The notes: generated by a model not told the origin, from the sequence alone. 64,000 nt of DNA from Lutibacter sp. (GCA_030656195.1 JAUSOJ010000220.1:14133-78132), one strand, 5' to 3'. Counted from the first letter of the stretch, positions 37,864 to 49,161 are shown. Made by a program: numbers and translations.

Positions 37864-40674
37864 ATGAGGTTCGCCAATAACATTAAATATTCCCTTTGTT
37901 TTCTGCTTGCGGTTTTAATATCTCAACATATAAATGCGCAATATGCCCATTACATAAATAATTATACACTTTATGAATACAAGGCGGGCAATCAAAATTG
38001 GGACATTGCAAAATCTGCCGACGGGAATTTATTTGTGGCGAATAACAACGGACTTCTGGAGTTTGACGGGTTAAACTGGAATTTATGGGAAATGCCGAAT
38101 AAAACCACCATTCGTTCATTGTTGGTTTATCAAAATAAAATTTACGTGGGCTCGTATGAGGAATTCGGTTATTTCTCAAGAAACAACAAAGGTGCTTTAA
38201 AATACACTTCCCTGCTAAGTGCCCACAAGAAAATAAACGTCTCTAAAGATGAAGAATATTGGCAAATAGTTTTGTTAGGCGATGCTGTGGTATTTCGGTC
38301 TTTTTTAAATATTCATATTTATAAAGACGGGAAAATTACCTCGCACAACTTGTCGGGCACCATTATGACTTGCGATGTTGTCTATGAAAAATTGTATGTC
38401 GCTACTTTAGACAACGGTATATTTGTGTTGGAAAATCAACAGTTAAAGCCTTTCTTTTATGCTGAAAAATTAAAAAATTCCAAGATTATTTCAGTCACAG
38501 CAAAAAACGATTCCCAGTTATTAATAAACACCGCTTTGGAGGGTTCCTTTTTGTTGGATAATAACATCCTAATTCCTTGGCAAACCGAGATCAATCAAAT
38601 TGTTAAAAAGCACCAGCTTAATAAATTTACACAACTGCCAAATGGGAATATGCTTTTTGGCACCATAAAAAATGGAATTTATATCACGGATAACTCCGGC
38701 AAAATCCTATTCAACATCAACAAAGAAACCGGACTTATAAACAATACTGTTTTGGGACAATTTGTTTCCGAAAACAATGAACTATGGCTGGGATTGGATA
38801 ACGGAATTGCCTTTGTTGATTTGAACACGCCCAATTATTTTTACAATGATATTTCTGGCAAGCTAGGTGCTGTTTATGATATCATCAGTTATAAAAACAC
38901 CATTTATATTGGCAGCAATACCGGTTTGTATTTTATTGATGCTGAAGGCAAATTACAATTTATTGAAGGTTCTCAAGGGCAGGTTTGGAACTTAAAAGAA
39001 TTAGACGGCGATTTGTTTTGCGGACATAATAATGGCACTTATTTGGTAAAAAACAACACCTTAAAACTTATTTCGGGCTATACCGGCGGCTGGGTAATCA
39101 ATAAAGTGCCGGAACAAAAAAATACCTATGTTCAGGGAACTTATGCCGGCTTGGTGAGCTTTAAAAAAATAAATGGTGAATGGCAGGTAAAACATTTGGG
39201 GAAAACCACCATCCCTGCACGATTTCTGGTTTTTGAAGATGAACAAACTGCTTGGATTTCGCACGCAAACAAGGGTTTGTACCGCGTTAAGTTTGATAAA
39301 AATTATGAGACAATTACTGAAATTAAAGATTACAATAAAAAAGGGCTCTGGTCCGATTATTTTGTGCGAATTTACAAACTCAAAAACACCATTGCTTTTC
39401 ACACCATAAAAGGCTGGCAAAATTATGAAACACTCATAGACAGCATTGTTCCCTACAATTTATTAAATGAAAAAATTGGCAAACAAGGATATATCATTTC
39501 CGAAGAAAACATTCCAGAAATTGCCTATAAAACAGAAAATTCCATCACTTTTGGTTCCTTTTTAAGTGAATCAGAAAACATTTTAATTCCGAATAAGTAC
39601 TTCAAAAAAAGACTTATAACCGGTTATGAAAATATTTCTAAAATTAACGATTCAACTTTTGCCCTTAATTTATATGATGGATTTATGTTTATTGATGCGG
39701 CCAAATTTTCAATAAAAGAAACCTTAAAAAAACCAATACTTGCTAAAATAATCATTAACAATCAAGCCATCGCGCTTGATACAACCGAAATTTCACTCCC
39801 ATTTCGAAACAATTCAATTGCCATATCCGTAAGTTCTCCGTTTTCCAAAGACCATAGTTTTGAGTATAACCTTTCAAGTCTGCATTTAAATCCGCCCTGG
39901 ACTGAATCTAAAAACGGTATAATAGAATTTTCAAATCTTTCTGACGGAACTTATCTTTTAACCATAAGAACCGTTGGTTACAACAAAGAAAAATCGCCTG
40001 TTTTATCTTTGGAATTTACCGTTTTATCACCTTGGTATAAAGGTACCACCGGATTTATTATTTATGCTTTTATATTTATTATTGCCGCTTTTGTCATTTA
40101 TCTTCTTTATAAAAAGAAGATAAGAAAAGAACAAAAGTTGCTTAAATTGATGTTTGAAGAAGCGCAGAAAAAATTATTGGAAGAACGTAAACAAGAAAGT
40201 GAAAAAGAAATTATTAGGCTAAAAAACGAATCCCTTAAAAATGAAATTAAACTCAAAAGCAAACAGCTGGCAAATACCGCAATGACTTTGGTTAAAAAAA
40301 ATGAAACATTGTTGCATTTAAAAGATGAATTGCTTTCCAATAAAAATAATTTTACCAATCAGTATTCCTTTAAAAAATTCATAAAACAAATAGACAATTC
40401 CATTGAACACGTTGATGGATGGGAACTTTTTGAATACAATTTCAATCAGGTTCATGAAGAGTTTTTTAAACAATTAAAAGCCAGCTTTCCAACTTTAACG
40501 CACAAAGATTTGAAAATTTGTGCCTATTTAAGAATGAATATGAGCAGCAAGGAAATTGCGCCACTGCTCAACATCTCCATTAGAGGTGTTGAAACAAACA
40601 GATATCGGCTAAAAATAAAACTCGGCATCTCAAAAGAAGGCAGTCTTCGCGGTTTTTTACAAAATTATAATTAA
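37864..40674 (+). CDS. Membrane-spanning one-component regulator: periplasmic beta-propeller repeats + Y_Y_Y domain + TM + coiled coil + LuxR-type HTH
   Basis: Signal or anchor at the N-terminus. Two-component-regulator-propeller-like repeats (LFVANNNGLLEFDG, IYVGSYEEFGYF). A TM segment near aa 735-755 (FIIYAFIFIIAAFVIYLLY). C-terminal HTH (LTHKDLKICAYLRMNMSSKEIAPLLNISIRGVETNRYRLKIKLG). No histidine kinase or receiver motifs. Confidence 0.85.
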   Translation: MRFANNIKYSLCFLLAVLISQHINAQYAHYINNYTLYEYKAGNQNWDIAKSADGNLFVANNNGLLEFDGLNWNLWEMPNKTTIRSLLVYQNKIYVGSYEEFGYFSRNNKGALKYTSLLSAHKKINVSKDEEYWQIVLLGDAVVFRSFLNIHIYKDGKITSHNLSGTIMTCDVVYEKLYVATLDNGIFVLENQQLKPFFYAEKLKNSKIISVTAKNDSQLLINTALEGSFLLDNNILIPWQTEINQIVKKHQLNKFTQLPNGNMLFGTIKNGIYITDNSGKILFNINKETGLINNTVLGQFVSENNELWLGLDNGIAFVDLNTPNYFYNDISGKLGAVYDIISYKNTIYIGSNTGLYFIDAEGKLQFIEGSQGQVWNLKELDGDLFCGHNNGTYLVKNNTLKLISGYTGGWVINKVPEQKNTYVQGTYAGLVSFKKINGEWQVKHLGKTTIPARFLVFEDEQTAWISHANKGLYRVKFDKNYETITEIKDYNKKGLWSDYFVRIYKLKNTIAFHTIKGWQNYETLIDSIVPYNLLNEKIGKQGYIISEENIPEIAYKTENSITFGSFLSESENILIPNKYFKKRLITGYENISKINDSTFALNLYDGFMFIDAAKFSIKETLKKPILAKIIINNQAIALDTTEISLPFRNNSIAISVSSPFSKDHSFEYNLSSLHLNPPWTESKNGIIEFSNLSDGTYLLTIRTVGYNKEKSPVLSLEFTVLSPWYKGTTGFIIYAFIFIIAAFVIYLLYKKKIRKEQKLLKLMFEEAQKKLLEERKQESEKEIIRLKNESLKNEIKLKSKQLANTAMTLVKKNETLLHLKDELLSNKNNFTNQYSFKKFIKQIDNSIEHVDGWELFEYNFNQVHEEFFKQLKASFPTLTHKDLKICAYLRMNMSSKEIAPLLNISIRGVETNRYRLKIKLGISKEGSLRGFLQNYN

Positions 40675-40903
40675 AATAACTGCATTTTCTAGTCATTTTA
40701 GTAAAACAAAACTACGTCATTACTACTTCATTTATCATATTTGCTCGGCTATTTGCTATAAAAAATAATCTGTTTTGTAATACGCCTTTCAGAAAAAATC
40801 ACTTTTTAAATTAATGTGGCGTAACTAAGGCGTATGCATATTGTATTGAAAAGGCCAAAAACCCAGTAACTTTAACAATTACTTAACATTAAATTTATTT
40901 TAA

Positions 40904-43894
40904 ATGAAAACAAAAATAATTTACGCCTTATTATTCCTTCCTTTCTTAATTTTTGCTCAGGAAAGAACTGTTTCAGGTAAAGTTACTTCATCAGATGGAG
41001 TACCTATTCCTTCGGTAAATGTTTTAATAAAAAACACCGCCCGAGGAGTTGTGACTGATTTTGACGGAAATTTCAGTATTGCAGCCAGCCAAAATGAAGT
41101 GTTGGTATTCAGCTATATTGGGATGAAACCTAAAGAAATTGTGGTAGGAACGGCTAACATTATTAATGTTGTGCTTGAAGATAGCGCAGAAAGTTTAGAA
41201 GAAGTTGTTGTTATTGGATACGGAACACAGAAAAAAGCAATCCTTACCAGCTCTGTGAGTTCAATTAAGGGGGAAGAACTTTCAAAAGAACCGGTAACCA
41301 ATGCGGCGCAAGCATTACAAGGAAAGGCTGCCGGAATTCAGATAATTGCCTCAGACGCGCCTGGATCGGCTTCAACAGTGATAATAAGAGGGTTGGGAAC
41401 AATACAAGGAGGGCGAGATCCTTTGTATGTTGTTGATGGGATCTTAACCAACAACATCAATAATATCAACACCTCCGACATTCTAACGATGAATGTTTTA
41501 AAAGATGCCGCTTCATTAGCCATTTATGGTAATAGAGGCGCGAATGGCGTAATTATCATTACCACCAAAAAAGGACGTTCAGGAAAAATGCAAATATCCT
41601 TTGATTCTTATACAGGAATTAAAGATATTTTAAGCACCGTTAAAATGGCTGATGCTGCATCTTATGTAATTTATAGCAATGAAGCCATCCAAAGAGATTT
41701 AAGAAGAGATGATGACCCAAGCAATGATAATAATACAAGCGGGTTTTTTCCAAGCAACCAACAATACAATACCAATTGGTTGGATGCTATCACAAGAATA
41801 GGCCGTGTAACAAATCACAATTTGTCCTTATCTGGCGGTTCTGATAACATCACAGCCTTTTTTAGTGTAGGATACAATAATGAAGAAGGGATCTTAAAAG
41901 ACAATGATTTTGATAGGCTTACCTTACGTAGCAACGTGGATTATAAAATAAGCGATAAATTAAATTTTGGTCATAATGTTAGTGTTCAATTGGCAAATGT
42001 AACTCCAAAAGGCTATAGTGCATTTACAAATGCTTATAAGCAAGCACCAATTGTTCCTGTAAGGGATGAACAAGGAAGATTTGGTTCCTCAACAGCATTT
42101 AATAATGTAGGGAATCCTGTAAAAGATTTACATTTTCAAGACGAAAAACAAAAATACTTTAAAATTCAAGCTTCATTTAAAGCAGATTATAAAATCATAG
42201 AACCGTTAACATTTACCTCTCGTTTTTCTGTAGAAACTGAAAATGGACGGATGTATAATTTTCAGGACAGATTAGGATCTTTCTTAGCCAACGACCCTGG
42301 AAATATAGAAGATAATTTTGAAAAGGATAATGAAAATCCGGCAAAAACAAGACTTAGTGTAACCCATACCAATAATTATCGCTGGTTTCTAGACAATTAT
42401 GTTACTTATAATAAAACGTTTCTTGAAGACCATACCATAAATGCCACTTTAGGGATAACTGCGGAAGAAAACAGAAGTGAATTTTTAACAGGGACAAGAA
42501 ATAATGTACCTTTAAATTCAAACCTAAAATACAATTTAAGTATTGGTGATGAAGACAATACACAACTCTCCGGAGGGTCAATTAGTGTTATGGACAGGTT
42601 ATATTCCTATATCGCAAGGGTAAATTATGATTTTCAGGATAAATACCTTTTTAACGCCTCTTTCAGAAGGGATGGTTCCAGTAAATTTCAACAAGGAAAT
42701 AAATTTGGTAATTTCTTCGCAGTAAGCGCAGGATGGGTTTTAACAGAAGAAACTTTTATGCAAGATGGCATATTTAATAAATTAAAACTAAGAGCAAGTT
42801 ACGGAGAATTGGGGAATCAAAACGTTCCTTTTAATATTGTAACAGCAACAACAGGCAGTGGCGGATTCTATCCGTTTGGCCCTAACCAAGATTTACAACA
42901 AGGAATTACTATAACTGGAACTGTTGAAGAAGATTTAACCTGGGAAACAACCAATGAAATAAATTTAGGGGTTGAGTATACCTTGCTTGATAATAAATTA
43001 AGCGGTGAAATTGATTATTACAAAAGAGTAAACAGCAATGCGGTTTTAGAAATAAAGCTCCCTGATGTTTTTGGTTTCGACCCTTATAATTCGCACGTTG
43101 GTGAAGTTACAAATCAAGGTGTGGAAGTGCTTTTAAATTGGACCGATAAAATAAATGATCATTTAAAATATTATATAGGCGGTAATTTTTCCTACAATAA
43201 AAATGAGTTGACCAAAGTAACCAACCCTTTCTTTAATGAACAACGGGGAGGGAATATTGATAACGGACAGTACACTAAAAAAATTGCTGTAGGCCAACCT
43301 TTGGGCAGTTTCTTTTTATATGAAGTAATAGGAATTGATGACAGGGGAGAATTTGTTTATGACGATGTAAATGATAATGGCATTACAGATGAAGGAGACA
43401 GAAAATTCTTTGGGTCGTACATTCCAAAATATTACTTTGGTTTCAACTTTGGGCTTGAATACAATAATTTTGATTTTTCTGTTGATACTTACGGAAATTT
43501 TGGAAATAAGGTTTATAACGGTAAAAAAGCACAACGTTTTTCAAATGAAAACATTGAGCAATCTACTTTTAACAACCGATGGACTTCCGGAGGACCAAGC
43601 AATACAGGCCCAATTGCCTTTAATGACGTGCCTTTATCTTCTGATTATTATTTAGAATCTGGAGATTTTTTTAGAATCAACAATATTACTTTAGGTTACA
43701 CATTACCCGAAAATGTTTTAAAGCTTTTTTCTAAAATAAGAGTCTATGCCTCGGCAAAGAATCCATTGATTATAAAGAGCTTTTCAGGTTACACTCCTGA
43801 ATTGTCAGGAGCTCCTTTAGGCACCGCCGGTATTGAGTTGAATGCATATCCAACCTTGCAATCATATTTTATAGGAATAAACACATCATTTTAA
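40904..43894 (+). CDS. susC: SusC/RagA-family TonB-dependent outer-membrane transporter
   Basis: 996 aa. N-terminal carboxypeptidase-regulatory-like domain (VSGKVTSSDGVPIPSVNVLIKNT), plug (VVVIGYGTQKK), and a C-terminal barrel ending in F. Followed by a susD-like gene. Confidence 0.92.
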   Translation: MKTKIIYALLFLPFLIFAQERTVSGKVTSSDGVPIPSVNVLIKNTARGVVTDFDGNFSIAASQNEVLVFSYIGMKPKEIVVGTANIINVVLEDSAESLEEVVVIGYGTQKKAILTSSVSSIKGEELSKEPVTNAAQALQGKAAGIQIIASDAPGSASTVIIRGLGTIQGGRDPLYVVDGILTNNINNINTSDILTMNVLKDAASLAIYGNRGANGVIIITTKKGRSGKMQISFDSYTGIKDILSTVKMADAASYVIYSNEAIQRDLRRDDDPSNDNNTSGFFPSNQQYNTNWLDAITRIGRVTNHNLSLSGGSDNITAFFSVGYNNEEGILKDNDFDRLTLRSNVDYKISDKLNFGHNVSVQLANVTPKGYSAFTNAYKQAPIVPVRDEQGRFGSSTAFNNVGNPVKDLHFQDEKQKYFKIQASFKADYKIIEPLTFTSRFSVETENGRMYNFQDRLGSFLANDPGNIEDNFEKDNENPAKTRLSVTHTNNYRWFLDNYVTYNKTFLEDHTINATLGITAEENRSEFLTGTRNNVPLNSNLKYNLSIGDEDNTQLSGGSISVMDRLYSYIARVNYDFQDKYLFNASFRRDGSSKFQQGNKFGNFFAVSAGWVLTEETFMQDGIFNKLKLRASYGELGNQNVPFNIVTATTGSGGFYPFGPNQDLQQGITITGTVEEDLTWETTNEINLGVEYTLLDNKLSGEIDYYKRVNSNAVLEIKLPDVFGFDPYNSHVGEVTNQGVEVLLNWTDKINDHLKYYIGGNFSYNKNELTKVTNPFFNEQRGGNIDNGQYTKKIAVGQPLGSFFLYEVIGIDDRGEFVYDDVNDNGITDEGDRKFFGSYIPKYYFGFNFGLEYNNFDFSVDTYGNFGNKVYNGKKAQRFSNENIEQSTFNNRWTSGGPSNTGPIAFNDVPLSSDYYLESGDFFRINNITLGYTLPENVLKLFSKIRVYASAKNPLIIKSFSGYTPELSGAPLGTAGIELNAYPTLQSYFIGINTSF

Positions 43895-43907
43895 ATAACA
43901 TAGAGAG

Positions 43908-45350
43908 ATGAAAAATTTAATTAAAAATACTATTCGCATTAAAGTTTCACTGATTGTGTTTCTATTGCTCATTATTTCCTGCAGTGAAGATTTTATCAAT
44001 GTTGAAGCCAATCAGGAAACAGAAGAAGCATTGACTGCAGACAAAGCACCTGAACTTGTAAACGCAGTGTATAACAGCTTTTTGACGTGGCAAATGAGCT
44101 CATTTTCTTGGAATGGAGTCACAAGTATAACTTCTGATGATGCCGATAAAGGAAGTACCCCAGGTGATACAGGAACAGACAAAAATTTATTGGATGCACT
44201 TGCTTTTGACGCATCCACCATCTCTTTTGCTGAAGTTTGGAGTGCACATTATGCAGGTATTCAAAGAGCAAATCAGGCCATCAATAGGTTGCAGGGATTT
44301 GAAATGGAAGATGGCTTAAAAAACAGGTTGATTGGCGAAGCAAAATTCTTAAGAGCACTAATGTATTTTAGATTGGTTCAGTCATTTGGAGGCGTGCCAT
44401 TAATAACGGAAGCTCCAGATCCACAAGCGGAAAATGCAAGCGATGTGCTTAAAAGAGCAACAAAGGAAGCTTCTTATGCTTTAATTGAAAAAGACTTGCA
44501 AGAAGCCATCCCTGTGCTGTTGAATAAGAACCAATATAATGCAGCCGATTTAGGCCGGGTTACAAAAGGAGCTGCGAAGGCTTTATTGGCAAAAGTGAGT
44601 ATGTACCAAAATAAATGGCCAGAAGTATATAGTTTAACAAATGAAATAATAGCCTCTGGAGAATATGGACTCACCACTAATTATGAGGATATCTGGAAAG
44701 AAATTGGAGAAAACAATACAGAATCTATTTTTGAAATACAATCTAGAGGAGAAACGCCAACTGCAGGAGTTCAAGGGTATAGCGCAACTCAAGGAGCTCG
44801 TGGTACAGGTGGCTGGGGCTGGGGTTTTAATACGCCAACGCAAAACCTTGCAAATTCTTATGAAGCAAATGATTTAAGACGGGATGCCACTATTATGTTT
44901 AGGGGAGAAATTTTATTTGATGGCCGATTAGTGCCTAATGATGCTGATAATGAAAGATACAATCAAAAAGCTTATTCTAGTGCTTTTTCTGATGCTTGGG
45001 AAACTGGAAAAAACATACGAATTCTTCGCTATGCTGAAGTGTTGTTAATGAATGCAGAAGCTGCTTTAAAACAAGGTGGTGATGCCGCAACACCATTGAA
45101 CAGAGTAAGAAACAGAGCCGGATTAGGAAATGCGCCTGTGGTTAATCAACAGGCTGTTTGGAATGAAAGAAGATTTGAATTGGCTTTTGAACATGATCGT
45201 TATTTTGATTTAGTGCGACAAGGAAGAGCCGGTACAGTACTTAGAGCCCATGGAAAACCTTTTGTTGATGGCAAGCACGAAGTATTCCCAATTCCTCAAG
45301 AACAAATTGATAAAAGTGGTGGAATTCTTGTACAAAATCCAGGATATTAA
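43908..45350 (+). CDS. susD: SusD/RagB-family nutrient-binding lipoprotein
   Basis: Lipobox LIISC. TPR-like helical core (RALMYFRLVQSFGGVPL) and a SusD-typical C-terminus (ERRFELAFEHDRYFDL...PIP). Confidence 0.92.
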   Translation: MKNLIKNTIRIKVSLIVFLLLIISCSEDFINVEANQETEEALTADKAPELVNAVYNSFLTWQMSSFSWNGVTSITSDDADKGSTPGDTGTDKNLLDALAFDASTISFAEVWSAHYAGIQRANQAINRLQGFEMEDGLKNRLIGEAKFLRALMYFRLVQSFGGVPLITEAPDPQAENASDVLKRATKEASYALIEKDLQEAIPVLLNKNQYNAADLGRVTKGAAKALLAKVSMYQNKWPEVYSLTNEIIASGEYGLTTNYEDIWKEIGENNTESIFEIQSRGETPTAGVQGYSATQGARGTGGWGWGFNTPTQNLANSYEANDLRRDATIMFRGEILFDGRLVPNDADNERYNQKAYSSAFSDAWETGKNIRILRYAEVLLMNAEAALKQGGDAATPLNRVRNRAGLGNAPVVNQQAVWNERRFELAFEHDRYFDLVRQGRAGTVLRAHGKPFVDGKHEVFPIPQEQIDKSGGILVQNPGY

Positions 45351-45422
45351 TAATTTATTGTAATGATCAAATGCATTTAAGGATTCCTTCTTTGCATGAT
45401 AATGAAACATTAAACTTTATAA

Positions 45423-46790
45423 ATGACTTATTTAAAAAATAGCATGTATTTACTTAATCCATATTTTTTGGCATTGTTAATAATGCTTAACAGTTGTGGT
45501 GGCGGAAACGATATTACGCCGCCTCCTCCAGATGTTGATCCTATTGTGAAGGAACTTTCCGACACCGAGTTGATGGATTTGGTGCAAAAAAATACCTTCA
45601 AGTATTTCTGGGATTTTGCACATCCTGTGAGCGGTTTGGCTTTGGAACGTTCAAATTTAGAAGCTTATGGCGGTGAAGCTGCCAACATTGTCACCACCGG
45701 CGGAAGCGGTTTTGGGGTTATGGCCATTGTTGTGGGCGTTGAAAGAAACTATATTACCAGAGATCAGGCCATAGAGCGTTTGCACAAAATAACGGATTTT
45801 CTGTTAAAAGCCGACCGTTTTCACGGCGCTTTTCCGCATTGGTATTATGGGGACACGGGAAAAGTAAGACCTTTTTTCTCAACGGATAACGGCGGAGATA
45901 TTGTTGAAACTTCCTTTTTAATTCAGGGTTTGTTAACCGCACGCCAGTATTTTAACAAAGACAATGCGCTAGAAAATTCACTTCGCACAAAAATCAACAA
46001 ACTGTGGAATGAAGTGGAATGGGATTGGTACACCAACAACAAAGATGTATTGACCTGGCACTGGTCCCCAAATTTTGGCTGGGCCATAAATCATGAATTA
46101 AAAGGCTATAATGAAGCACTTATTACCTATGTGCTGGCTGCCTCATCAACAAGCCATCCCATCAATAAATCTGTTTATCATAATGGCTGGACTTCAGGCA
46201 ATGATTTCGCCAACGGAAATGTATATTATCAGAAATGGAAACTAAAATTAGGTCCTGAATTGGGTGGCCCGTTATTTTTTGCGCATTATTCCTTTTTAGG
46301 ATTGGATCCAAGAAATTTAGTGGATAAATACGCAAATTATTGGGAACAAAATGTGAATCACACGCTAATCAACAGAGAGTATTGCATTAAAAATCCGAAG
46401 CAATTTATTGGATACAGCGCAGTAAACTGGGGATTGACGGCAAGTGACCATAAAAATGGGTATTCCGCACACAGTCCAACCAACGATTTAGGCGTTATTA
46501 CCCCAACGGCGGCATTGTCGTCATTTCCTTATACGCCAGAATATTCTATGCAGGCAATGCGAAATTTTTATTACAATTTCAATGGAAAGTTATGGGGAAA
46601 ATATGGTTTTTACGACGCTTTTAACCAAACGGAAAATTGGTACGCCACCAATTATTTAGCAATCGACCAAGGCCCGATTATTATTATGATTGAAAACCAC
46701 CGCACCGGATTGCTATGGAATTTGTTTATGTCGAGCCCGGAAGTGAAGGAAGGATTAAAAAAACTGGAGTTTACAAGTCCGCATTTTTAA
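45423..46790 (+). CDS. Lipoprotein glycoside hydrolase candidate, GH144-like (DUF3131 / 'glucoamylase family', endo-beta-1,2-glucanase family)
   Basis: Lipobox MLNSCGG. An (alpha/alpha)6-like sequence with FKYFWDFAHPVSGLALERSN and GGSGFGVMAIVVG. The family assignment is from memory of that family's conserved N-terminal region and is not verified. Confidence 0.55.
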   Translation: MTYLKNSMYLLNPYFLALLIMLNSCGGGNDITPPPPDVDPIVKELSDTELMDLVQKNTFKYFWDFAHPVSGLALERSNLEAYGGEAANIVTTGGSGFGVMAIVVGVERNYITRDQAIERLHKITDFLLKADRFHGAFPHWYYGDTGKVRPFFSTDNGGDIVETSFLIQGLLTARQYFNKDNALENSLRTKINKLWNEVEWDWYTNNKDVLTWHWSPNFGWAINHELKGYNEALITYVLAASSTSHPINKSVYHNGWTSGNDFANGNVYYQKWKLKLGPELGGPLFFAHYSFLGLDPRNLVDKYANYWEQNVNHTLINREYCIKNPKQFIGYSAVNWGLTASDHKNGYSAHSPTNDLGVITPTAALSSFPYTPEYSMQAMRNFYYNFNGKLWGKYGFYDAFNQTENWYATNYLAIDQGPIIIMIENHRTGLLWNLFMSSPEVKEGLKKLEFTSPHF

Positions 46791-46887
46791 TAAAAAAAAA
46801 CGAGCGACTTAATTCGCTAAAATAAAACGGATGCTGAAAAATGATTATTTTTTATCAAATTAATTCAGCTTAAAAATTTAAAATAAC

Positions 46888-49161
46888 ATGAAAATTAAAC
46901 AATTTATCATTCCCTTTTTCATCATCCTGTTTGGCTTTTCAAGCTGTACAGAAAAGACTACCGTTGCCAAAAAAGATTTAAGCAGCACTGATGAAACTAA
47001 ATTTGATGCCAAAATGGAATCATTTTTAGACAGTTTGACCAAAATTATGACCCTTGAAGAAAAAATTGGTCAGTTGACGCTTATGTCCACCGATTGGGAA
47101 CAAACTGGGCCAACCATCAATGAAAATTATAAAAATTTAATCAAAGAAGGAAAAGTTGGCAATATTTTCAATGCCTATTCCGTAAAATTTACCAGAGAAT
47201 TACAACAGCTCGCCGTAGAAAATACACGTCTTAAAATTCCTTTGTTGTTTGGCTATGATGTTATTCACGGACATCGCACTATATTTCCAATTTCCTTGGG
47301 CGAATCCGCCAGTTGGGATCTAAAAGCAATTGAAAACGGCGCACGTATTGCGGCTACGGAAGCTTCCGCAGAAGGTGTTCATTGGACTTTTGCGCCCATG
47401 GTTGATATTTCTAGAGATGCGCGTTGGGGAAGGGTTTCAGAAGGATCGGGAGAAGATGTTTATTTGGGTTCAGAAATAGCGAAAGCTAGAGTTAGAGGTT
47501 TCCAGGGAGACGATTTATTCGCCACAAACACCATTTTAGCTTGCGCAAAGCATTATGCCGCTTATGGCGCACCAATTGCCGGAAGGGATTACAATACGGT
47601 TGACATGTCTGAAAGAGAGTTAAGAACCACGTATTTACCGCCTTTTAAAGCGGCTGTTGATGCTGGAGTTACCACATTTATGACTGCTTTTAACGATGTA
47701 AGTGGCGTGCCTGCAAGTGGAAGCAAATATTTGCTGACGGATATTTTAAGGGAAGAATGGGGGTTTGAAGGATTTGTGGTCACCGACTATACGTCTATCA
47801 ATGAATTGGTTCCTCACGGCGTTGCAAAAGACAACAAACAAGCTGCAGAAATCGCCATCAATGCCGGTGTGGATATGGATATGCAAGGCGGCTCTTATTT
47901 GGATCATTTAAAAGAACTTATTGCCGACGGAAAAGTGACCGAGAAACAGGTAACATCCGCCGCAAGAAAAATTTTAGCGTTAAAATATAAACTGGGATTG
48001 TTTTCAGATCCTTACAGATACTGCGATGAAACCAGGGAAAAGGAATTGCTGATGACTCCAGAACACCTTGAGGCCGCGAGAGATATGGCGAGAAAATCGG
48101 CTGTATTATTAAAAAACAGCAACCAAACGCTTCCGCTTTCCAAAGATAAAAAAATTGCGTTGATAGGTCCTTTGGCCAATGACAAATACAATATTATCGG
48201 GTCTTGGACGGCAGCCGGCGATCGTTATACAAAACCGATTACCGTTTTGGAAGGCTTCAAAGAAAAAATTTCAAATCAGGCCAACTTAATGTTTACACAG
48301 GGATGCGAAATTAATTCAGACAACACCTCCGATTTTCAAAATGCGATAAACATCGCCAAAAAAGCGGATGTTGTGGTGATGGTTATGGGAGAATCCGAAG
48401 GATTGTCGGGTGAAGCCGCAAGCAGAACGAATCTTGATTTGCCAGGAAATCAAAAAGAATTGTTGAAAGCCATCAAAAAATTAGGCAAACCTATTGTATT
48501 GGTTTTAATGAACGGAAGGCCTTTAACCCTTGAATGGGAAAATGAAAATATGGATGCCATTTTAGAAACTTGGTTCCCCGGAACAATGGGTGGTTACGCC
48601 ATTGCCGATTTAATTTTTGGCGATGCAAACCCTTCAGGTAAGTTAACCATGACCTTTCCAAGAAATGTTGGGCAAATTCCTATTTATTACAATGTAAAAA
48701 ATACAGGAAGACCTTATGAAGCAGATGGTCCTGAACAAAGATACCGTTCAAGATACCTTGATGTTGCCAATTCTCCGCTTTATCCTTTTGGCTATGGGTT
48801 GAGTTACACCACTTTTAAATATTCAAATTTCGCCATTGACAAAAAAACCTATGCATTTAAAGAGAAAATTAACATTAGCGTTACGGTCAAAAATACCGGC
48901 TCTTTTAAAGGCGAAGAAGTGGTTCAACTATATATGAGGGATATGGTAGCGAGTGTTACGCTGCCTTTAAAAGAACTTAAACGTTTTGAAAAAGTGATGC
49001 TGGAACCCAATGAATCCAAAAAAATAACCTTCACGCTAACTTCTGATGATCTTGCATTTTACACACAAGATATGAGTTTTAAAGCTGAAGCAGGTGAATT
49101 TAAACTTTTTGTGGGAACCAATAGTGAAGAGTTGCTTGAAACAAATTTCACGCTGAAATAA
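46888..49161 (+). CDS. bglX: GH3 beta-glucosidase (BglX-like), lipoprotein
   Basis: Lipobox GFSSC. GH3 motifs (KHYAAYG and GFVVTDY, the latter with the nucleophile Asp). C-terminal alpha/beta sandwich and FnIII-like domain. Confidence 0.9.
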   Translation: MKIKQFIIPFFIILFGFSSCTEKTTVAKKDLSSTDETKFDAKMESFLDSLTKIMTLEEKIGQLTLMSTDWEQTGPTINENYKNLIKEGKVGNIFNAYSVKFTRELQQLAVENTRLKIPLLFGYDVIHGHRTIFPISLGESASWDLKAIENGARIAATEASAEGVHWTFAPMVDISRDARWGRVSEGSGEDVYLGSEIAKARVRGFQGDDLFATNTILACAKHYAAYGAPIAGRDYNTVDMSERELRTTYLPPFKAAVDAGVTTFMTAFNDVSGVPASGSKYLLTDILREEWGFEGFVVTDYTSINELVPHGVAKDNKQAAEIAINAGVDMDMQGGSYLDHLKELIADGKVTEKQVTSAARKILALKYKLGLFSDPYRYCDETREKELLMTPEHLEAARDMARKSAVLLKNSNQTLPLSKDKKIALIGPLANDKYNIIGSWTAAGDRYTKPITVLEGFKEKISNQANLMFTQGCEINSDNTSDFQNAINIAKKADVVVMVMGESEGLSGEAASRTNLDLPGNQKELLKAIKKLGKPIVLVLMNGRPLTLEWENENMDAILETWFPGTMGGYAIADLIFGDANPSGKLTMTFPRNVGQIPIYYNVKNTGRPYEADGPEQRYRSRYLDVANSPLYPFGYGLSYTTFKYSNFAIDKKTYAFKEKINISVTVKNTGSFKGEEVVQLYMRDMVASVTLPLKELKRFEKVMLEPNESKKITFTLTSDDLAFYTQDMSFKAEAGEFKLFVGTNSEELLETNFTLK

